This document shows positions 33,521 through 40,000 of a stretch of 40,000 bases of DNA, piece by piece. Made by a program: the position numbers and the translations under genes. The stretch is from the sequence record MK250024.1. One strand, 5' to 3'. Positions within the stretch are counted from its first letter, which is position 1, and each line of letters opens with the position of its first letter. Under the pieces are notes generated by a model. The model was not told the origin of the DNA, did no database searches, and saw nothing but the letters and a program-made list of their open reading frames with translations. The DNA comes from Prevotella phage Lak-B5.

Positions 33521-34375
33521 TTAATCTTCATCATTTAAATCCTCAAATTCTTCATATGATAATAGTAATTTATCATATTCTTTAATCATTGTAGATAAAA
33601 TTTGTTTTTGCTCTGATACATACTGTTTATCAAAATGCCAACATTGTCCTGCATATTTACATGGAATAAACATACCGTTTTGACTTTCTAACATTATACA
33701 GAATGATGCCCAATTTACAACTGATTCTGAAAGTTCTTTCCAATTTATAGTTGAATTATTATAAAAACTCATAACACCATTCATTTGAGAAAATTGATTC
33801 CAACAATAATTATATGGCATATAGTCTCTATATTCATCACTATTTAAATCTGTGACAACAAATAGTATACCTCCAGTAAATTCATTAAATACATTATCGC
33901 CTACACCAATCAATTCCAAACATTTCTTCATCTTTGGAATTTCATATGTCATTGCTTTATATATAGAATATTTCTCATATATAACAGTATATTCATATTT
34001 TTCTGAAGTATGAAATACTGAACACATTTTTGTTATATTTTCAAAAAGTGTTTTAATATTATCTTTTTGTTCTTCATATGAAACATATTTATTATAATCT
34101 CTTAATATTGTATATATAATATCATTAAATTTCATATGTAATTTCCCTTCTATCATTCGTGTAGTTTCATCCTCTTCATATTCAAAATCATCACTACCTC
34201 CATACTCATCCATATATCCTATAACAGGAATATGCATAGGTATTAATGGACTTTCTAAATAAGTAGGATTATTTCCAAGTTTATGCTTATTTCTACGACA
34301 AATAATAGCAATTACTTTCTCTCTATTCCTTATTGGAATTCTTGAATGAAATCCAGATACGCAAAAATCACCCAT
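33521..34375 (-). CDS. Hypothetical protein (284 aa)
   Basis: Intact ORF without TAG (MGDFCVSGFHSRIPIRNREKVIAIICRRNKHK...). Confidence 0.8.
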   Translation of the reverse strand: MGDFCVSGFHSRIPIRNREKVIAIICRRNKHKLGNNPTYLESPLIPMHIPVIGYMDEYGGSDDFEYEEDETTRMIEGKLHMKFNDIIYTILRDYNKYVSYEEQKDNIKTLFENITKMCSVFHTSEKYEYTVIYEKYSIYKAMTYEIPKMKKCLELIGVGDNVFNEFTGGILFVVTDLNSDEYRDYMPYNYCWNQFSQMNGVMSFYNNSTINWKELSESVVNWASFCIMLESQNGMFIPCKYAGQCWHFDKQYVSEQKQILSTMIKEYDKLLLSYEEFEDLNDED

Positions 34376-34378
34376 AAC

Positions 34379-34864
34379 TTATTTTAAATTATTAATATAA
34401 TCAGCCATCTTAGTTTTCCAATTGTTTGCCTTTGCAATATGACAAATATAGTTAACTGCATACTCAAAACAATTTTCTAATGTATTCCATGTCATATCAA
34501 ATGAATGTGGATTTTCACCAAGAGTTTGTGCAAACTTACTTGAATATATAATATCAAAATACCAATCTTTATGCTCTCTATTATATCCAGGCTCGATAAT
34601 AATACCAAGATGTTTTTCTAACCAATCAACTGCTTCAAATACAGTAGGTGCTGGAATCCAATTAGGCGACGGATATTCAACTTCCCATTCTTTATCGCGT
34701 TGACACAGATCTCCAGTATGCCATGTACGTTCAGCAACAGTTTCACCATTCTTTGATTTAACACCTTTAATACCAATTGGTGTATTCATATACAAATCTT
34801 CTGTATATTCATCGAATCCTAATTTATTAAGAATTTGTGAAGATGCAAAATTAATATGTTTCAT
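34379..34864 (-). CDS. Hypothetical protein (161 aa)
   Basis: Intact ORF without TAG (MKHINFASSQILNKLGFDEYTEDLY...PAPTVFEAVDWLEKHLG...). Confidence 0.8.
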   Translation of the reverse strand: MKHINFASSQILNKLGFDEYTEDLYMNTPIGIKGVKSKNGETVAERTWHTGDLCQRDKEWEVEYPSPNWIPAPTVFEAVDWLEKHLGIIIEPGYNREHKDWYFDIIYSSKFAQTLGENPHSFDMTWNTLENCFEYAVNYICHIAKANNWKTKMADYINNLK

Positions 34865-34923
34865 AATTATTTTATTTTATATTACATTACAAAGATACAT
34901 ATAATTTTGGAATATAAAAAATA

Positions 34924-35361
34924 TTACTTATCTTTTTCTTCTGCATCTACATATTTCCAATACTGTTCTATTATCTTATTCCATAATAATTCATATGAAA
35001 ACCCATAATTATTATCAGGTCCAAATACTTTCATTTCATTTGAAGTAACCACATAATTGATTTGATATTTTCCCCTTTTTATTTTAAAAAAATTATCTTC
35101 ATTTAATTCGTCTGAACCAGTATAACTAAATATTCTAATATTATAATGTTTACTTGATGTTATATGAACGCATGCATATAAATATGGTTGATAGTTTATT
35201 TTATATACATAATATGTATTTTCACAAATTTTATTAAATAGCCATTGTATACATTGTACATCACAAAAATCCGGTATTTCTTTATTAAATGGTGGAAATA
35301 CAATATTTTCATCCATTACAGGCTTATCTTTTTTCTTAAATATGTTATTAAACAGTTTCAT
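34924..35361 (-). CDS. Hypothetical protein (145 aa)
   Basis: Intact ORF without TAG (MKLFNNIFKKKDKPVMDENIVFPPFNK...). Confidence 0.75.
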   Translation of the reverse strand: MKLFNNIFKKKDKPVMDENIVFPPFNKEIPDFCDVQCIQWLFNKICENTYYVYKINYQPYLYACVHITSSKHYNIRIFSYTGSDELNEDNFFKIKRGKYQINYVVTSNEMKVFGPDNNYGFSYELLWNKIIEQYWKYVDAEEKDK

Positions 35362-35364
35362 TAT

Positions 35365-36033
35365 TCAATCTTTAATAATTTTTAAATCATCTGGTATATA
35401 ACAATCACTACCTAAATATTTAATATATTCTTTAACTGGTTTCTTTACTTTTTTCCAATATAGTAAGTTATTATCTTTGCTTTGATAATATATATAACTA
35501 TCAAAATATGTTATTTCTTCAATATTTCCATTATGTTCAACTTTACATACTTTATAATTATCTTCATCGAAATAACTTGCAAGATCCATCCATACTAATA
35601 AATCTTCTAATATCATTATTGACAACGGTGAAGTGTTATATGTATTAGTTTTTTTCTTTTCATATATAATATTTCCATTATTATCTTTCAATACTGTTAA
35701 TCCTTTATAATCACCTGTAATTTGCCAATTTGGATTATCAATAAAATATTGTAATAAAAATTCTAATGGTTTTCGCTCGTCTTGGTTTATAGAATAATCT
35801 ATTGAAAAATTATATTCACTAAACCTTAAATTATCTTCTATACATTGTCGTATGTCTATAGCAAAATGTTGCTTCTAATCATGTGTTAATGTATAATATT
35901 CATATTTAGCAATATTTAATGCATGTTGATGTGCGGCTATTGTATGTCTACCAATTGCATATCTATATGACATCCATACTAAATCTTCATGATAACTTTT
36001 ATCAAATATATTATCCTAATCTTTTTTCTTCAT
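35365..36033 (-). CDS. Hypothetical protein (222 aa, table 15)
   Basis: The track used a TTG start at 35691. TAG (CTA 35875 and 36016) as Gln extends it to ATG 36033: MKKKDQDNIFDKSYHEDLVWMSYRYAIGRHTIAAHQHALNIAKYEYYTLTHDQKQHFAIDIRQCIEDNLRFSEYNFSIDYSINQDERKPLEFLLQYFIDNPNWQITGDYKGLTVLKDNNG... Confidence 0.75.
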
Positions 36034-36088
36034 ATAAAATAAAAAAGTCTATTTATAATTATATAAAAATATACATAAGTTGTTTATT

Positions 36089-36097
36089 AATAAATAT
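36089..36097 (+). promoter_or_regulatory. Candidate promoter motif AATAAATAT
   Basis: ATAAATAT starts 33 nt upstream of ATG 36123 in a divergent intergenic region. Confidence 0.5.
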
Positions 36098-36122
36098 AAT
36101 AAATAAAAATAAACTAATTATC

Positions 36123-37025
36123 ATGAAATTCATTAAATTATTTGATAATAAAGAATAGTTAGATAATTATGCCAATGGAATTTCACATCGAGATGGTGCA
36201 TTTATACTATCTGAAAAAAAAAAAGAGAAACTAAGTATTATTGATGAAAGACATCCAGGTCCAAACTGTATTTATGTATAGGATTTAAATATGTCTCCAT
36301 TATCATTAGAATCAAATTCGTCGAAAGATGTAAAAGTTGGCTCAATATTATATGTAAACACTAATAATAAGTTAACATTAAATAATGAACCTGGTAATAT
36401 GGCAATTGCTATATGTGTATGTCCATCAGTTACAGAAGATTTTGAAGCTGGTAATTCAACAGGTGAAAGTAAAGTAAAAACTGCACGTTTTTGTAGTCTT
36501 TACTATATGAATTAGGATATAGTAGGTACTGCTAGTATTAATGATACAACAGTATAGTTTAATATGAAAGGATATACTATAGGAAATACATATGGTAATA
36601 GATCTAGTACTAGTTATATTGGTGGTAAAAAAAATACATAGATATTAGTAGAAAAATCATCATATTATTATGATACTAAAAGATTATTATGTAATATATC
36701 ATTTTCTAATAGTTATAATGGTGTTTTTCTTGGCTGTAATGCTGCAGTTTCTGCTGCTGTATATAGTATACGTGGTACAAAAAGAGGTGATTGGTATTTA
36801 CCATCAGTGGGAGAATTAAAAGAGATGTATAGTAAAATTTCCATAATCAATCCTATTAGAAAACAACTAGTTAATGAAGAATACAAAATGTAGGGGCATT
36901 ATTGGACAAGTTATGAATATAATGCAGACAATGAATCTGCAATATTATTCACCAATGGTGCTATAACATATGCTGATAAAAAAATGAGTAAAAGAGTAAT
37001 ACCATTTTTAGCAGTTTCTATATAA
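36123..37025 (+). CDS. Protein with C-terminal DUF1566/Lcl-like (C-type-lectin-like) domain (300 aa, table 15)
   Basis: ATG 36123 to TAA 37023-37025 across several TAGs; the track saw only 75 aa. The C-terminal pattern GTKRGDWYLPSVGELKEMYSKI...YWTSYEYNADNESAILFTNGAITYADKKMSKRVIPFLAVSI resembles W(R/Y)LPS..EL ... YW(S/T)S ... G ... R..RPF domains. Confidence 0.7.
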
Positions 37026-37031
37026 AATATT

Positions 37032-37064
37032 AAGGTGATAATATTTTTGAAATATTATCACCTT
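37032..37064. terminator. Bidirectional terminator between convergent genes
   Basis: Perfect 14-bp stem AAGGTGATAATATT / AATATTATCACCTT, loop TTTGA. Confidence 0.8.
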
Positions 37065-37071
37065 ATTTAAT

Positions 37072-37752
37072 TTACTTCTTATATAAAATATTATCAATCA
37101 TTCCTTTAGAACCATATGATTTTGCTTCTTCTGCTGTCATCCAAAAATCTCTATCTGCATCAGATTTAATTTTTTTCATTGTTTGCCCAGAATGATTTGC
37201 AATAATATCATAAAGTTCTGTTTTTAACTTATTTATTTCTTTACATGTAATTTCTATATCACTTGCTTGGGTATGATCTCCAGTAGATGACATAGGTTGG
37301 TGAATCATTACACGTGAATGTGGTAATGCGTATCTCTTTCCTTCAGTTCCTGCACAAAGTAATATACTAGCCATACTAGCTGCCATACCGGCACATATAG
37401 TAGATACATCAGACCTTATAAATTGCATTGTATCATATATCTCTAATCCTGAATATACATCACCACCTGGTGAATTAATATAAATAGAAATATCAGTATT
37501 ATCTACATTATCAAGATATAATAATTGAGATGTAATAATATTAGCACTTTCTGCTGTTACAGGATTACCTAAGAAAATAATTCTATCCATCATCAATCTT
37601 GAGAATACATCCATTTGTGATACGTTAAGTTGTCGTTCCTCAAGTATAGTAGGATTTTGATAACCCATATTTATACCATTCATATAATCATGTAAGTAAA
37701 GACTACTTACATTTCTTGAATTCATAAACTTTTCAAAATCAGTTTTAATCAT
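37072..37752 (-). CDS. clpP: ATP-dependent Clp protease proteolytic subunit (ClpP), 226 aa
   Basis: Intact ORF: INSPGGDVYSGLEIYDTMQ, GMAASMASILLCAG (Ser nucleophile), RVMIHQP (His), DRDFWMTAEEAKSYGSKGMID; typical ClpP motifs. Confidence 0.95.
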   Translation of the reverse strand: MIKTDFEKFMNSRNVSSLYLHDYMNGINMGYQNPTILEERQLNVSQMDVFSRLMMDRIIFLGNPVTAESANIITSQLLYLDNVDNTDISIYINSPGGDVYSGLEIYDTMQFIRSDVSTICAGMAASMASILLCAGTEGKRYALPHSRVMIHQPMSSTGDHTQASDIEITCKEINKLKTELYDIIANHSGQTMKKIKSDADRDFWMTAEEAKSYGSKGMIDNILYKK

Positions 37753-38245
37753 CTATATTATAGTATTTCTTTCTAAAACATTTTTTTAGTAATGATACAA
37801 CATGAATATTAGGAAATTCACAAGGATTATTAGGATTTGTTTCATTATAAATATCGGGATAACAATCTAATATAAATTTAACAACTCCTTGAGATCTAGA
37901 TACTCCAGCTGAACAATGAACATAAATATCTTTTCCTAAATTATTCTCTATAAAATTAAATAATTCATTTGCTTGATTATCTGTTAATCCTTTAATTGAA
38001 TTTGCATATTTAATTTCATCTTCTGTTATATCATCTCCATATGCATATAATAAATTATAATCTGTAATATCATAAAAGTCTAAATTAATAACATTATCTC
38101 TTGATTTAAATATATGATATTCATCTTTTGCATTTGGTTCACATATAGATATTATTGCTATATTATCTGGTAATGTATTGTTATCCCATTTATTTTTATT
38201 CATTAACGATTTAAATCCGTCAAATCCTGTACACCAAATTTTCAT
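37745..38245 (-). CDS. Cys-based protein tyrosine/dual-specificity phosphatase-like protein (166 aa)
   Basis: HCSAGVSRS matches the HCX5R(S/T) P-loop; ORF overlaps clpP by 8 nt. Confidence 0.8.
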   Translation of the reverse strand: MKIWCTGFDGFKSLMNKNKWDNNTLPDNIAIISICEPNAKDEYHIFKSRDNVINLDFYDITDYNLLYAYGDDITEDEIKYANSIKGLTDNQANELFNFIENNLGKDIYVHCSAGVSRSQGVVKFILDCYPDIYNETNPNNPCEFPNIHVVSLLKKCFRKKYYNIDD

Positions 38246-38880
38246 AATTTACTTAATTGAATTTCTAATTCATGTATATGTGATAATTCTTTATCTATCT
38301 CATCATTTAAATAATCTATTCTATCTTGTGATTTTTTAATTAAACGTTTAAGTTCATCTGATAATATATTATTTTCATCAAAATAATTTGAAATAATTTT
38401 TTTAATATTATCTATTCCGTTAACAAATGTTTTAAATTCATCATCTGTTAATTTAAAAGAAATTTGATTATTTAAATTATAAACATATATTTTTTCTTTT
38501 AATGATTTACATTCTTTTAAAAAGAGTTCTATATTTTCATCTATTATAAAATCTAAATCATAATCAGTAAATTTGACAAAAGTATTAATTTCAAAATTAT
38601 CATACTTTGGATTAATAAATACGTCGTTAAATATATAATTTACATAATAGAATAAATCAACTCCATAAATATCATGAAACGAATCTGTATGACATACTAT
38701 AAAATCTCCTAATTTCATATTAGAAAAATATCCATAATCGAAATCAAATATTTTTATTGTTCTATTTAATAAATCAATTGGTATATTATCTTTTAAAATT
38801 TTAGGAAAATCATTTTCATCAGGACATTCTAATAATTTATGAATATCCTGATATATGTTTTTTAATTTCTCATATTCCAT
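38242..38880 (-). CDS. Hypothetical protein (212 aa), C-terminal coiled coil
   Basis: Intact ORF ending in TGA (38242-38244) that overlaps the next ATG as ATGA. Confidence 0.8.
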   Translation of the reverse strand: MEYEKLKNIYQDIHKLLECPDENDFPKILKDNIPIDLLNRTIKIFDFDYGYFSNMKLGDFIVCHTDSFHDIYGVDLFYYVNYIFNDVFINPKYDNFEINTFVKFTDYDLDFIIDENIELFLKECKSLKEKIYVYNLNNQISFKLTDDEFKTFVNGIDNIKKIISNYFDENNILSDELKRLIKKSQDRIDYLNDEIDKELSHIHELEIQLSKL

Positions 38881-38882
38881 AT

Positions 38883-39572
38883 TTAAATAAACTTTTTAAT
38901 ATATTTTAATGTATCATGAATATCTTGAGAAAACTTAAACAATGCTTCCTTTGTTTTAAGATTAATATCTTTATATAGTTGTTCTTTCGTTTCAAACCCT
39001 ATAGCATCATCTGATTTCATCCATGATTTCTGTATAACTGCAGTATGCCTATTACTATCATTAATAGTAATATTATCCCAATTATTACCATATATATTAA
39101 TTTCTGTATATACAATAGTTACTCTATTATTAATAATATTTACATCTTCTAACATAATATAAGTATCATTAATATTATAATCAAAACCACATGGTTCTAC
39201 ACCATATGTTATATCTTTATAAAAATCATTATCTACTTTTCGCATAACTTTACCAGTATCTAAATAATTATGCTGAATAAAATCACGTAATTCAATATTA
39301 TATTGAGATATAAAATTACCGCATGGACATTGTTCAGTCAAAAATATTTGCATATTATATGGTAAATATTTAAAATCTTCATTATTAACATTTAAATAAC
39401 GACGTTTTACTAATTTAAATGTATAATCAATATTATTGATATTAATAGTTACTTCTTCCTTTGCACAAAAATCTTGATATGTATGCAACTTATTTAAAAG
39501 ACGTTTAAATAATGTAGCAACTCTATCACAACCTAAATCATTTACTGAAATATCATATACTTCAAAATTCAT
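38883..39572 (-). CDS. Hypothetical protein (229 aa)
   Basis: Intact ORF without TAG (MNFEVYDISVNDLGCDRVATLFKRLLNKLH...). Confidence 0.8.
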   Translation of the reverse strand: MNFEVYDISVNDLGCDRVATLFKRLLNKLHTYQDFCAKEEVTININNIDYTFKLVKRRYLNVNNEDFKYLPYNMQIFLTEQCPCGNFISQYNIELRDFIQHNYLDTGKVMRKVDNDFYKDITYGVEPCGFDYNINDTYIMLEDVNIINNRVTIVYTEINIYGNNWDNITINDSNRHTAVIQKSWMKSDDAIGFETKEQLYKDINLKTKEALFKFSQDIHDTLKYIKKFI

Positions 39573-39640
39573 AGTTATATTATTTTTTAATTAAACATTC
39601 TATTAATACAAAGATACATAAAATTATTAAAAATAAAAAA

Positions 39641-39680
39641 TAGTAATTAAGAAAACTAATATTAAATTTCTTAATTACTA
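39641..39680 (-). terminator. Terminator after the 68-aa membrane-protein gene (minus strand)
   Basis: Perfect 14-bp stem TAGTAATTAAGAAA / TTTCTTAATTACTA followed on the minus strand by a T-rich tract. Confidence 0.7.
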
Positions 39681-39690
39681 TATATTTTAA

Positions 39691-39897
39691 TTACTTTGAT
39701 GACGAGCTAGATGATGATGGAAATAATAATTTAGCAACTGTCATCAAACACAATGCATGAATATATGTAATTGTTGGTAAACCAAATAAATATGGCATAA
39801 CATAATTCCAACAAATCATAAATATAATTGCACCTAAAATAATAAATATAATTGCAACTAAAATAGTTACAATTGATGTCCATATAAAAGTTTTCAT
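39691..39897 (-). CDS. Small membrane protein (68 aa) with C-terminal poly-Ser tail
   Basis: MKTFIWTSIVTILVAIIFIILGAIIFMICWNYVMPYLFGLPTITYIHALCLMTVAKLLFPSSSSSSSK; two probable TM helices. Confidence 0.65.
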   Translation of the reverse strand: MKTFIWTSIVTILVAIIFIILGAIIFMICWNYVMPYLFGLPTITYIHALCLMTVAKLLFPSSSSSSSK

Positions 39898-39902
39898 ATA
39901 AT

Positions 39903-40000
39903 TTATTTACTTGTAATTAATGCAAATAGAATATTTGATAATACATTAAATCTAAACTTCTTTTTTGCATATCTACCTTTATTTTTTATTTGTTCATACT
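39903..40000 (-). CDS. Partial gene, C-terminus only (...YEQIKNKGRYAKKKFRFNVLSNILFALITSK)
   Basis: Open minus-strand frame from the window edge to TAA at 39903-39905. Confidence 0.5.
   Translation of the reverse strand, partial: YEQIKNKGRYAKKKFRFNVLSNILFALITSK

Noticed and set aside
35919-36158. 79-aa plus ORF MHVDVRLLYVYQLHIYM...
   Set aside because: Overlaps the 36033(-) gene and the divergent intergenic region. The real start of that frame is probably ATG 36123 (MKFIKLFDNKEQLDN...).

Overview
This window is an AT-rich tailed-phage segment. It is almost certainly from a large phage of Bacteroidota (Prevotella/Bacteroides); Lak megaphage or a code-15 crAss-like phage are the candidates, and I cannot place it without homology searches. 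The main point is that the supplied ORF track uses the wrong genetic code. Reading TAG as Gln (translation table 15) merges dozens of co-linear fragments into a few very large genes: a >=1394-aa adhesin-like protein, 1525-aa and 552-aa fibres, a 932-aa + 1735-aa split fibre, a 612-aa protein and a 1989-aa tape-measure-like protein. It also adds the catalytic N-terminus of a FEN/RNase H-family 5'-3' exonuclease and recovers two small genes the track missed completely. TGA and TAA remain stops. Observations worth following up: (1) a 9-19 nt motif, (A/G)ATAAATAT(AAAAAGAAAT), lies 31-34 nt upstream of eight start codons on both strands and looks like a phage late-promoter core; (2) genes with this motif carry in-frame TAGs, while most genes without it are TAG-free; (3) a +1 frame discontinuity splits a ~2666-aa fibre; (4) three adjacent fibres share a paralogous N-terminal module; (5) the fibre shafts contain 11-residue (hendecad) repeats; (6) a Cys-lipoprotein lies directly upstream of the tape measure; (7) clpP overlaps a CX5R phosphatase gene. 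I found no tRNA, rRNA, CRISPR array or transposase. All coordinates and translations were read by hand.
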